64,000 bases of DNA from NCBI GenBank assembly GCA_026023565.1, contig JAPETS010000011.1:434001-498000 (forward strand), written 5' to 3'. Below are positions 29,083 to 41,634 of the stretch, in pieces. The position numbers and the translations under genes are program-made. The notes beneath the pieces were generated by a model. The model was not told the origin of the DNA. It saw nothing but the letters and a program-made list of their open reading frames with translations, and did no database searches. Positions within the stretch are counted from its first letter, which is position 1. Each line of letters opens with the position of its first letter. Source of the DNA: Cirrosporium novae-zelandiae. Its lineage: Eukaryota.

Positions 29083-30307
29083 GTTAATGTTATTAATTCT
29101 ACACCTTCAGTTGGCTTCTAGAGTTTCTTAGGAGGATCTCATTATTATCCATGTAAGCTGGACCTATACGACGGAATCAGAAGATCATGAAGGGCTTAAT
29201 GTACGCTATCGACGATTACGCATTCTGGGGTGGAATGATATGGATGAGTGGGAATGGTATTAAGGGTACACGGGAACTTTTCGGAGGGAAAGAATTTTGG
29301 GAGGATGGCATCTATATGGCGTCCTACTACGGTAAATATATTTTAGTTGTTTTTGATGGTGTTCAATTGCTACGGGATACCTTTTTGCGGTGGTTTGAGC
29401 CCTCTTTTTGAGAGGATTGGCTCAAGCAGTGAGCATATTTTTTGTCAGGAATACGAGATGGGGTTCTACGTGAGAGTTGCTGGAGAATATGATGGATCGT
29501 GTATGACCGTTGCTACTTTCCAGATAGTATATTCCAAAACTTACAATTCATAATAAATAAAAGTGACTTTGACTTTGACTATGACACATTTAGGTACTGT
29601 ATCATATCAGATATGAAGTATTAGGGGTAAAGGGGGGGGAAGGAGAAGGGGAGTGTTCGAGTTCAAGTAGCATTAATTAAAGCTTTCAGCTGAAACTTGG
29701 TCTGGTACGCGGAAGGTTGGAAGGGAAAGATGACGCAAAGAGGCCATGTCACGTGAGTGTCTCAATGAGAAGAAACTTTCCACTCGGCAGTAAAATCCTC
29801 CGAAAGCCGCGCGGCGTTAACCCAATTGGGATGCTCTGATAGCTCTTCCAACAAAGGGAGCTCCATGCACACCATTCGAACCATGACCATGACCACTCGA
29901 GTATAACCCATCATCCTCGTCTCCCCGGATTTCACTTATACGACTTTCCCATCAATCAATGCAAAGCGACTTTTGTGCAACAATTCCCTAAACCTTCTCT
30001 TTCCTATAACTTCGGTCATCAGCTTTAACCTACAACTAGAAGTTTCTAATTCCTATTGTCATTTATATACGTGGCACTTATTGACCATCCACAACCAATT
30101 CAAGAAGAAATCATTGCCACCAGTGCGTGCTGCGCCACCATCTCACCTCACCCCGCGAGGCTAAGCATTATTCAACAAATAAATTCATTAAGCCACTATC
30201 CCGAGACATCTTTGAAATAAAAATATTTCAACATCAAGCCCCTTAGTTGTCTATCTGACTCTTAATCCCACCATCTGCACCACAAAGCTTCAGAATACCT
30301 CAGCAAC

Positions 30308-30842
30308 ATGGCTGACAACCAGAAATTTGTAGGTTTCTCTTTTACCTGCGTTATCTTTTTGCTTGTGTCTTCCTATGCTGACTGGTAATACACAGAACCC
30401 GCCCCAGGGTCCACCACCTCAATACCCAGCTCAATCTCACGTTGACCCTAATGCCCAAAACTACAACAATGGCCCATCTCCCTCTCCCTCTCCCGCCCCC
30501 TACGGTCCTCCAGCAGTAATCAACGACCCTAGCAAAGGACCATATGGCGCGCCAGTTCCCTACGACCAACAGCAGCAACAACAATATCCTCAAGGTCCTC
30601 CACCACAAGGTTATTATGGGCAACCACCACAAGGCCAGGAGGGCATGTACTACGGCCAACAACAACAACCTTATGGCCAACAGCCACCTTACGGCCAACA
30701 GCAGCCTTACGGAGGACAGCCATACGGAGGATACTACGGCCAACAAGAGCAACGACAAAGGGGAAACGGCGCCACAGATGGACTATGTGCAGGCCTGCTT
30801 GGTGCGCTAGCATGCTGTTGCTGCCTAGACTTCTTGTTCTAA
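30308..30842 (+). CDS. CYSTM (cysteine-rich transmembrane module) tail-anchored protein; intron 30329..30395
   Basis: Starts MADNQKF|NPPQGPPPQY, has a P/Q/Y/G-rich body, and ends GLCAGLLGALACCCCLDFLF. Confidence 0.9.
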
Positions 30843-32349
30843 GGGAGGGAGTACATGGGAGTTGAAGAAGCTAGCTGAAGCCAAATACACACACACCTAT
30901 TTCCACGGCCAGCTTTTCCATCTAGACACAGTTTGCAAAAGGCGCATGACTTTACAGGGGGGGCAGGATTATATTAGCATTATGGCGTTTCGAGGAATGA
31001 AAATTGCGAACCCACCCAATTGGCGTTGGCGATTTGGAGGATAATATGTACACTCCATAATTGTATGTGTGGAACAAAAAAAGGCTCATTCGTTAATTCC
31101 ATTTCCTTTTTTTTTCCTTCTCTGTGTTTATTCCCGCTACGCAATATCATAATGTCTCTCTCCAACCCTCAATCAGTTTAGATGATTTAAGCCATACAAA
31201 GCGATAGATATACTAGAACCCCCCTCCCCCTCTTAGGGGTAGAAGTTCTTGACATTATTATTAGGTGTTAAAATACAGATACTGGCCCCCAGGCCCAAAC
31301 CCAATTCCCGCATCACATCGCATCATCATCATCAATTTCAGATCCAATCCTCTATGGAAAAATCCAGATAAAGTCCCCCCCCCCTACATCCTAGCATATG
31401 TTTCCCTTTTTTTTTTCTGTTGTGATTTAACGATCGAAATCAAATAAATCCTAGTTGTATGTGTGTGTGTGAGAGAGAGAGGGAGAGAAAGCACACACAA
31501 AAATATGAAACCCCTTTTTTTTAGAAACATATCAATCTATGTCCCGGCCATGTATGGCCTGCTTGTATGTAGGGCGACATGCGGGATAATAAAATGAATA
31601 ATCTTTGGATCTCACGAGAGAGGGGGGGGGGGGTGAATGAGATAAGATGGATATATATCTATCTATCTAGAGGTGTGATTGTATATGAACTCGAAAGGAA
31701 GGGGGGGGTTCCCACTTTTTAGTACACACAGTAAAGAGAGTGCCTATGAATATATATATATACAGTATCCCTTGGAGCAGTTTTAATAGCAAATACCAGT
31801 TTAATAATTCTTAGAAAGAAGAGGTAAAAATCAAGAATATATTAATCCAAAAAGCTGGATCATCCCGTCCAATCCATCTTGTAAATCTAAAGCTAGAGGA
31901 AGCCAGCCCCTCCTTTTACTTTTTTTTTTTTAAAAAAAAGTCCATCCCAGGGGTTTTTCCCATTCTCACTCTCTCTTTAATTAATACCTTGTAAGAGTGT
32001 ATGACCTTTTTTTTTTTAGAGTGAGTCACGACTATTTTCCTGAAAGGTATACCATAAAAAAATGCACCACATTGTAATCACTTCTGTTATCCATGTTTCT
32101 GGATCCCTCCTGCCCATACTGAGTTCCTAAGGGGGCATAATGCACAAAGTTGTGAAGCATTTCATCATTTGTCGTTAGAAAAAAGAGTGATGAGAAAAAA
32201 AAAGAGATGATGCATGGGGGGGTGGATCAACAGGCTTTTTTTGAGACAATCATGAAAATTTGTTGGTATTTTGAAAGAATGGCCGTAGGATTTTTTTCCT
32301 TGGTAAAGGCCGGAAATATAATCGACATAGTCGCCCATGCTTTCAATGA

Positions 32350-34043
32350 TTATTCTGCCTTATCTTCAATTGCGGCCTCCTTCATCTCATCAACAACATC
32401 AGCAACAGCATCTACCTCCTGAGCATATTCTGCATCGGCAGAGACATGGCCGTTGACACCTGCATTGGCAGAGGCGGGCTTCTTTGAATTGTCATGAGCG
32501 CGTCGATTAGCCGGTTTGGAGGAAGAGGCAGTGGTGTTAGATTCCTCAGCTTCCTTCTCAAGGCGTTCAATTTCCTTTTGTGCCTTTGCAATGTTCTATA
32601 ATAGTTAGTTAACGTTCGTCTGGATAGAACAAAAGTTTGAGCCCTTACCTCTTTCGTCTTCTTCTCCTGATCCTTCTTCCAGGATTCAAGCTTTCCCTTG
32701 AGCTTCTCGACCACAGCAGGAACATCAGCATGGCTTGCAGGTGGCTCAATGTTGACCCTGGCAAAGTCTTCAATGACACCAATGCTCAGGTTGATGGTAG
32801 TGCTCGTAGCTGGAGACGCTGCTTGACCACTGTGTCCCTTCTTACCCTTCTTTCCTTTCTTGCCTCCACTACCAATAAAAAAGTCCTCTTCAGATTTCTT
32901 TAATACTTTCATACCTTTCATGTTGGAATCATCAACATGTCGTTGTGCCTGCGCAGCGAACTTGGATTCCTCCGTTGTAGTGGTTACCGGGAGTGCCGTA
33001 GGGTCAAGATACCGTATCAAACCCTCTGCGGTTCCAATTTCATCAGCGAATGCAGGTGTACTGGCTTCCTCCAGCTTTTGCTCCGCAATCTTTCTTCGCT
33101 TATCCTTCTCGTAAGCTTCTCGTTCTGCCTTTTGCCTTTCTCTCCTTGCCCTGTAGAGTTCGTCTTCAAATTCCTTGTAAGCTTTTCTGGCACCGTAATA
33201 CTTGTCCTTGATTTCTTTTATGGCAGTCCACTTCTTGTTTTGCTCATCGTGGATCCTGGTTCGCTCATCCCGTAGTTCGTTCAAATTTTGGAAGGCCTCG
33301 TTCTTCTCACTTCTGATCTGGTCAAGCTCTTTCGCAATGGCGTTGTATTTTTCAGCGAGGGCCTTGGATTCAGGATTGTCCATGCCTTTTTTGAGCTCCG
33401 AAATCTGTTTCTTGACTTCATCGATGCCCTTTTGTGCCTCATCGAACCCGGCAAAGCCTTTCCGTTGCTTTCTCAAGCTAGATATCTCGGAGAGAGCCTT
33501 TTTCTCATCCACGAGTTTCATGGTTCCAGCATCGACTTGCTTTTCCAGTCTCGCAATTTCACGGTCAACTTCCTCGACACTTTTGAAGGGGACACGGCTT
33601 CGAGCATTTTTCTGCTCTGCAATTCTAGACTTCAGGTTGGTATCTAAAGAATTGATCTTTTCCTGTACGCTTCCTCTTGATTGTTTGAAGCCTGCTTGCT
33701 GTTCCCGGATTGCAGTGAGCTGCGAGCGTAGTTCTTGTTGTCTGGTGGCAACTGGAGAGTCCTTATCGCGATTCCTGGTGAGATCAATTTTGGCCTTGAC
33801 TGCATTCTATATAATATCATATGAAATTAGCAATATATCAACGAATAGAGGCACGTGCGTTGGATTGGCTAATTGTTTAAAAAGCATCATGGGGAAGCTG
33901 TAGATAGGGAGATGCACAGAACCCTCAAGACTTACCAATTGTTCTTGTACAGCAGCATGTTCCTTTTCTGCTTTTGCAAGGTCGATTTTGAATTGATCCT
34001 CATCGGGCTTTTCAGGCCTGGTTTTCTGAGCAGTCTCCGCCAT
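32350..34043 (-). CDS. BFR1: Nuclear segregation / RNA-binding coiled-coil protein Bfr1; introns 33807..33935 and 32596..32648
   Basis: RPEKPDE N-terminus, GTMKLVDEKKALSEISSLRKQRKGF, PAFADEI..AEGLIRYLDP and EEDFFIGSGGKKGKKGKK; splices are in frame. Confidence 0.85.
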
Positions 34044-34390
34044 GATGAGAACAGGTGGCCAGTTCTCTAACTATGTTGAGCAGAAAATGGCTATGGACAA
34101 AAGTTTGAGAGTAAGAATATTAAGAGGAAGAATAATACAGTATCCTGAAGAATGTTAATGGGCAATCGTGGGGTTTAAGCGGTGGGCCCAAGAGCCAACT
34201 CTGAATTTGATTTGGTCGAGTGAGTGCGTCGGGAATTTATTATTTCGAAGCGACGCTAGTTTCGGCCGGTGAATATTCTGAGAATTGCAACCATCAACAC
34301 AATTCATTCATAGCTTGAACTATTTATTTCTGCACCTACCCTTTACCACTTTTCCTATCACCCAATTCACATTGTTAACATTCGTACAAT

Positions 34391-35207
34391 ATGGATTCAG
34401 AAAAAAACAAGGATGCAGAACGGATGTTGGTAAAACTGTGGCGCGCATGGAGGACTTCAAAAGAAATGTGTCTCGACAGAGTATGCGCCTTAACTCTTAC
34501 AAGCACGCACCTGAAGTATTCAAATACTAATCTGTATCTTTTCAGGGTTATGAACTTTCCGAAGAGGAAGTCAGCATATCACTCGATCAGTTCAGAAACG
34601 AATACTCAGATCCATTGGGCTACCCAGAGTCGGTTCTCAAACAACTTTATAGATTATCTACCTTGACTACTAACACTGCAATAGCCGCTCAAAGATGAAA
34701 TATACAGCTCGGCCTTCTGAAGCTATGATAAAGAAACACACACCTCTTCCCACAGTCAAGAATCCAGACCCAGCACCTGACTGCGGTACCATCTGGGTTG
34801 AATTCTCCCATCACGATTCGATCGGCATCAAGCAAATGAGAGACTTTTGTCAGCTCATCTCCCGCGAATGTTTCCATACCGGTATTCTCGTCACTCAACA
34901 AACCCTTACGGCAGCTGCACTTAAGATTATCCCAGCTGTCCTCCCAAGCGTCATCGAAGTCTTTCGAGAAGATGATTTGCTGGTCAACATCACAAGGCAT
35001 GAATTGGTACCAAAGCATGTTTTGCTAAGCGCAGAGGAAAAGAAAGCTTTATTGGAAAGATATCGGTTGAAGGAAAGTCAGTTACCTAGAATCCAGGTTG
35101 GAGACCCGGTGTCCAAGTATTTGGGATTAAAGAGAGGAGAGATTGTCAAGATCATCAGAAGGAGCGAAACTGCAGGACGGTATGCAAGTTACCGATGGGT
35201 CATATGA
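34391..35207 (+). CDS. RPB5: RNA polymerases I/II/III common subunit RPABC1; introns ~34481..34544 and ~34629..34684
   Basis: LWRAWRT..EMCLDRGY, LLVNITRHELVPKHVLLS..EK, QLPRIQ.GDPV, SETAGRYASYRW. Confidence 0.97.
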
Positions 35208-35472
35208 TTCAAAGAAAGAAATATTCTCTTCTTTGAAATTCTAATTCTGGCGCATATACGGTGACTGGCTATTTTGGATTAGGGGTGTAACAAAAGTGAG
35301 GCTGGGAGTCTGGAATAGATTTACCCAGAGTGGCAAGCTGTTCCTTTGAAAGGAATTAGTATAATTTGAAGATATAGCAAGTTATGGTAGGCATCCAGCA
35401 TGATTATATTTCCTGCCATACCAAACTTGACAGATTATTTCTAGCATGAATAAGAAATTTGGTCAATAACTA

Positions 35473-37312
35473 CTACAACTTGGCCTTGTCCTTGACGGCA
35501 TCTCTAACAATCAATCCCTTGTCCGTTCCTTTGGCCATATCCCTAAGCACTCTTCTCAAAATCTTTCCGCTTGCGCTCTTTGGAATCTCTTCGACGAACT
35601 CTATCTCAAAGACCCATTTATGCTTTACCTTGCTATCTTTGACGTATTGAATCAGATCCTTGCCTATAGTCTCGTTTGCCTCGGTACCCTTTTTCAATAC
35701 CACATAGGCTTTTGGCTTTTCCCCGGAGTATTCATGTTGAATCCCAAGTACGGCGGCGTCTTCCACCTTTGGATGACCGAGCAGGCAGTCTTCGAGTTCA
35801 GCAGGTGCCACTCCAATGCCATTGACTTTGATCATCTCTTTAATGCGATCGGTGATGAATACCATCCCTTCGTCGTCGATCTTGCCTTGGTCCCCTGTAT
35901 GGAGAAATCCATCATTATCAAAGGTCTCTGCTGTTGCTTTTGGGTTGTTCAGATAGCCCATGACAATTTGTGGACCCTTGGCAAGTATCTCCCCTGGCTG
36001 GTTGACGCCAAGCTCCTTTCCATCGGGGTCAACAATTTTGACTTCGGTTGACGCAACAATAGCACCGCCTGAATGGGCATATTTATAGTCGAATCTCTCC
36101 GGTGGATGGGCCGTGATGCAGGAGCATGACTCGGTCATACCGTACCCCTGTTTAAAGCCTGTTTGAGGAAATTTCTTCTTTAGCAATTGGATTATTTCTT
36201 CCGAGAGAGGAGCTGCCCCAGACGAAAAGCGATCTACATGACGCAAGTCATACTTATCGACAATCGGATCCCGTACTAGTCGTATTAAAATTGGTGGGAC
36301 AAGAAGAAGCTCCCTGACTTGATACTCTACTATCATGTCTAGCATGCCTTTCATACTGAAACCTGGTAGCATGTATACTTCTGCATTGAGTAAGATGGGC
36401 AGATGCAGCTGATGTACTAGCCCAGTGACTACGAGCAAGTTAGCGTTTTTGTTTCGGCGTGAATCAATCAATGACATACTATGGAACAATGGTAGAACAG
36501 CGAGGATTTTTTTCTGTCCAGGTGGAGTGAGCTGTTGAACTTGCAAGCATTGCCCAATGACATTCTGATGGGAGATCATAACCTATATAAAAGCATCAGC
36601 GTAAGAAGCTTTTCTTCGGTCTTACTTAACTTACAGCTTTCGGGAGCCCGGTAGTACCACTACTAAAGCTGAGAAAGCCACAGACGTCTCCATTCTTCTT
36701 GCCAGGCGGCAGCTTAAAGCTCTTGACCTGTCCTCGCGCTCCATATTTTTTCCCCGTTTCAAGCAGTTGTTTCATGGTGATAAATCCTTCCATCTCTCCT
36801 TCTAGTAAGAAGATCCGGTCATTTGGGATGCCAGCTTTCGCGGCAGCAGCGGCGGCCACCTTCATTGAGCTAGGAACAGTCATGAGAAATCTAGCTTCTG
36901 CTGTCTTCAGTGCGTATGCCATCTCCTCCGCATTGTATGCCGGAGAAGCTCCAGAGACTACTCCTCCGGCACGCAAAGCCCCGAGCATTGCAACTGGATA
37001 CCATACCGTGTTAGGGCTGAATAATGCTACCTTCTGGCCTTCTTTTAACCCATAGCTCTTAACGAGAGCTGTTGAAAGATAGGTAGTATATTCTTTGACC
37101 TGCGCGTAGCTAACGCGCTCTTTTGTCGTAGCATTTGTATACCCCCCGACAGCAGATGCATCATTTTTCACTAGAGGGGAGGCGGGAGAATCGAAAAGCC
37201 AATTCCAAACGGTTAGATCTCTAGGAACTAGATGATATATCATCAACGTTAGTTTTGAAGCAGTAGGGCTTCACGTACCACTAATCGGGGGCTGTTTTGA
37301 CCTAAAAGGCAT
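35473..37312 (-). CDS. Aryl/acyl-CoA ligase (4-coumarate/phenylacetate-CoA ligase-like) with PTS1 (-AKL); three introns
   Basis: AMP-binding FSSGTTGLPKAV, QGYGMTES, GFLHTGD, DRIKEMIKV, IPKSASGKILRR; C-terminal AKL. Confidence 0.92.
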
Positions 37313-37432
37313 GGTTCAATATAAAAGCTCTCAATTAAAATATATTTTGCTATTCAGACGCGGCCTACCTTCACCAATATATACCCATTATCAACTCAGT
37401 ATGACCGAGTCTGAAGCACAACCGTCATCGGT

Positions 37433-37438
37433 CCTCGG
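37433..37438. promoter_or_regulatory. CCTCGG, candidate FarA/FarB (Ctf1-type Zn2Cys6) site in the divergent promoter
   Basis: Exact CCTCGG in the ~400-bp divergent intergenic region; TGACCGAGT also occurs twice (37402, 37518). Confidence 0.4.
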
Positions 37439-37718
37439 CACGACTGGTTATTGTTGAATCTCTTTGAAATGAACCTGATAACCAGGGGAGTGAATGCGGG
37501 GTAGATAGACATTGATCTGACCGAGTACGGACGGAGTATCGATATTCCTTTGATTTTGGTATTCTTGTACGACGAAACTTAATCTTGACCCCCCCCCCAC
37601 ACCCGTGAATTTGTACATTTACCTAGGTAACTATCAAACACCCAAACAACCCAACCTCCAGACGAATATCAGTTAATAACATTGTATCCACTGGAACCTA
37701 TCTTACACCTAGCTCCCC

Positions 37719-38802
37719 ATGGACAACCAAGCACCTGTTCGCATAGCACTAATTGGTGCCGGGACTATCGGCACTTCCTTTGCTGCTTTACATTTAGGGA
37801 ATGTTTCTCCTTCAAAGCGAGTCTTATTAACCATATACGATACCCGGCCAGATTTGATTGATAATGTACGACGCAACTTTCCTCAAGATATTTCCCCGGA
37901 CCACTTTGGGCTTTTTCATCCAAGCACAGGTACCCTGAATTTCTTACGACCCGATCTTATAAACCATCTCATCACCACCAATCAACTCAAGTTTAGCAAT
38001 AATTTAGAGGAAGCCTGTTACGATGCGGATATAATTCAGGAAAGTGGTACGGATAAGCCCAAGTGCCGCGTCCAAAGACGCAAAGTTGAAGAAGTGTCTG
38101 TCCTAACATCATTTTCATTGCAAAGGACCTGAAAATGTGGAATTCAAGTCTTCTCTATGGCCCCAAATTGAAGCTATAGCACCGCCAACTGCTCTTTTCT
38201 GGTCTTCGACTTCAGGTATCCCAGCCTCTGAACAGGCATCGAGAATGAAAGATCCATCTAGGCTTGTGGTAGTACATCCATATAATCCACCACACATTAT
38301 GCCATTGCTCGAGATTGTACCGTCCCCTGCAACAAGCCAAGACGTTATCAATAGAACCATGGAGTATTGGAAAGGAATAGGACGCGAGCCTGTCCTTTTA
38401 AAGAAGGAATGTATTGGATTCGTTGCTAATCGACTCGCCTTTTCCATGTTCAGAGAAGCAATTCACCTCGTCAATGAGGGCGTCGTATCTGTTGAAGAGC
38501 TTGACACCATTGTCCAGAATTCTATAGGTCCTCGATGGGATATTGCTGGTCCCTTTAAAAGCTACCATGCCGGGGGAGGAGAAGGTGGTCTTGCGGCCTT
38601 TATGAAAAATATTGGAGGCACCGTCCAGGCCTGTTGGAACGATAGTGGGAAGCCCAGAGCCACCGGTCGGTGGGTACCGAAAATATGTGAACAGACCACC
38701 AAGGCTTATGGTGTTGTTGATATTAATGAAAGAAACACCACAACTCGCAAGGTGCTCCAGGCCGTGCGGGAAGAAAAGGTTGATATAGCCCCACATCTTT
38801 GA
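37719..38802 (+). CDS. 3-hydroxyacyl-CoA dehydrogenase family protein (lambda-crystallin/carnitine dehydrogenase-like); intron 38047..38125
   Basis: Rossmann motif IGAGTIG, IQESG|PENVEFK, SSTSGIPAS, HPYNPPHIMPLLEIV, GFVANRL, SIGPRW...GP. Confidence 0.92.
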
Positions 38803-39462
38803 ATATCATCATTTATTTGCCTTGCATAAATATTACCACCAGAAATTTGTCCACTCCTACAGATGAATATCAAGTGTTTAACTCTTGATAGGATACATTC
38901 GAACCGATGGTAATCTCTTGAAGATGTCCTAGAATTTCTCGTGACGCCTTTAGCAAATGACCTGCTCACTCTGGTTCCCAGATCATGTATGGCTATGGTG
39001 CTTCTAGATGATAATTATTTATTTTACTGTCCGCATGTCGCCTTCAGGTTATGGCGAACATAATATGCTGCTTCTAGAAGAAGACCGGTAACCTGGGGGT
39101 GAGAAGAAAAAAATATTTCCGAGGCCAGTGAGTAAGAGTGGTTGAATCAACGTGCTTCATTTACAAAGAAGCCTCCCCAACATGCTATATTAAAAACCAT
39201 TTTGGATATTTTGCTGTGGTTTAGGTACATGTGCAAGACGCCAAAGAGGCCAAAGCTGTTGCAGAGGCATAATGTTCATTCTTGTGGTCTAAGAACCTAA
39301 TATACAATTTTTGGGTTACCTGATCAAGGTCATCACAACACTCTCCAACAAGAGAGCTGGAGGCTATATTGAACATAGTAGGACAAGTATATGCATTTCT
39401 GATCTATTCATATATCACCAGAAAGCAATACCAATTTCTTGCCGCACATCCTAAAAAAATTT

Positions 39463-41634
39463 CTAATATATATACCTGAACCCAACAGCTCGGGCATCAG
39501 GATCATCAGCATGAAGATTCACAACATGGCCCTCTTCATCAAGCGTCTCCTGCTCCTCCAACCTTTTATTAATTCTGATGTGCCAAACCCTCAGAGCAAA
39601 TGTTTCTACTGCTACCAGAACCGTCAACACCGCCGTGGCCGCACCCCCCGGGATATACCGTGGTGAATCTGAGGAAGGCCACATATACGATCCATATATC
39701 GACGCAGTATTTGCAATCATATTTGCAATGGCAATACACGCGGACCGTTTAACCAGGGGTCTAGGAAAGGAATTTGCGACCCAAGCCACGATGATCTGAT
39801 ACGCACTGACGGCCCCCATGGGCATCAAGAACATTGCAAAAAACCTCGCGCCGACCACGGTTGTCGCCACGCAGATGATGCACCCGACGCAGCTAATGGT
39901 CATCAGACACATGATATGAATGCTCCGATCCCCCGTTTTTCCAGATGTCCACGTAACCAGGAGGGAGACCAGAAACGTCGCCATCCAGACCGGCGCAGTA
40001 ACCAGAAGGGTTTCGATGTTGGGATAGCCAAGGGTCTTGACGATGGTTGGGAAGAAATATTGGAAGTTTTGGGCTAGGATGGATGTATGCTGTAGCAGGA
40101 CGAATACATAGACCCTGGGGTCCTTTAGGGCTAGCTTCGCACCGGTCCAGAGTGTGGTTGATCGGAGTTCATCTGCTTCCCCTGTGTCCTGGATGAGACG
40201 CCATTGTGCGTACTTGCGTTGCGTTTCGTCGAGCCACTTGGTGTTTGCGGGGAAGTTGGGGAGAATCATCCTACAATTTCACATTATCAGCAGGTGGTAT
40301 AAGCAAATCTTATCAAGAACATGTGTTTCCTTACGCAGCAACCAATGCAACCCCAACAGTGATACTCCCCTCAATAATAAACAACCACCGCCACCCCGCA
40401 ATACCATGGGCGCCTTCCAAATTCCCCAGGACGCCAGCGGCGATAAGCCCACCAAATGCATTTGCGAGTGAGCTTCCGGAATAAAACCATGCGATTCGAT
40501 AAGCGAGCTACAGTATCCATATCATATCAGCAAACAAACCATGAATGAATGGATAGAATAAAAAAAATTTCTCTCATAGGGCGTGGGTGTAAATTTGAAG
40601 AAGAAGAAGAAGAAGAAGAACAACAACAACAACAAGAAGTTGAATGGCCTTTATATATATATATATGCATATACGTACCTCTTTCCTTGTATACCAACTA
40701 GACATGAGCATAATAGCCCCAGGAAAAAACGGAGCCTCCACAAATCCAAGAAAAAATCTACACATGACCAGTCCGACAAAATTGTGGACGCTGCCTTGGG
40801 CTGCGGAGATGGCGCCCCTATAATTTAATGAATATATGGGTTAGTTAGTGTCAGCTTTAATTCATTCATTCAATCCAAACATTTCCTCCTTTTCCTCTTC
40901 CTCTTCCTCTCCCCCCCCGGAGGGGCCAAAAAAAATCTTTATATAAATCATACATACGTACCAAACCGCCATAGCCCCCCCCAAAAAAACCGACGGCCTC
41001 GTCCTCGTAAGCACCAAATTCGAAGGCAACTGCATGAGCAAATATCCCACAAACAAAATACTCGTCGCCAAGTTGAAATCCGTGCCTTGCATATTTAAAT
41101 CTTCCTCGAGGGAGCCGAGACGGGCTTGGGCGAGATTGCTATTTCATTAATTAATTTGGGTGAGTGAGTGAGTATTGTATGTATGGTGTTCAAGTAACCT
41201 TGCAACCTCCCCCTACCCCCACCCCATCCCAGGATCAAGGACATATAAGACACATACCTCCTATCCAAAAAATTCAACAAATACATAAGTATTAATAGTG
41301 GGAGGAGATGTAGGTCCACTTTTCTTAGTAACCGGTTTGTTTCTTGTGAGTGCCATTCTGGGGTTTTGGTTTGGAAGAGGGCGTATAGTGGTGATTCCTC
41401 CCCCTCTTGCTGCGCGATAATTGTGTGGACCTTTTCTTTTTCGTGGTGGTGGTGGTGATGATCCGGAGTGGAAGTGGTGGAAATGGGGGACGTAGTGGCG
41501 TATTCGATATAATCGTAATCTGGTACTGCTTCTTCCTGTTGGGGCTGTTCTTTTTCTTTTTCTTTTTCTTTTTCGGATTCTTGTTGTTTGGGTTGGGGTT
41601 GAGGTTGGAGTTGGGGTTGAGGTGGTGGTGACAT
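39463..41634 (-). CDS. MFS transporter, anion:cation symporter (Dal5/Tna1-like) family; multiple introns
   Basis: LLRKVDLHLLPLLILMYLLNFLDR, LFVGYLLMQLPSNL, RFFLGFVEAPFFPGA..LMSSWYTRKE, GWRWLFIIEG, and the C-terminal GFRYIY. Confidence 0.92.

Noticed and set aside
33202..33903. Long antisense ORFs (also 13347..13940, 21855..22370, 43619..43906)
   Set aside because: These are shadow frames of real genes on the opposite strand.
38800..38830. Stop-codon readthrough creating a cryptic PTS1
   Set aside because: No TGA-CTA context and the extension (ISSFICLA*) does not end in a PTS1.
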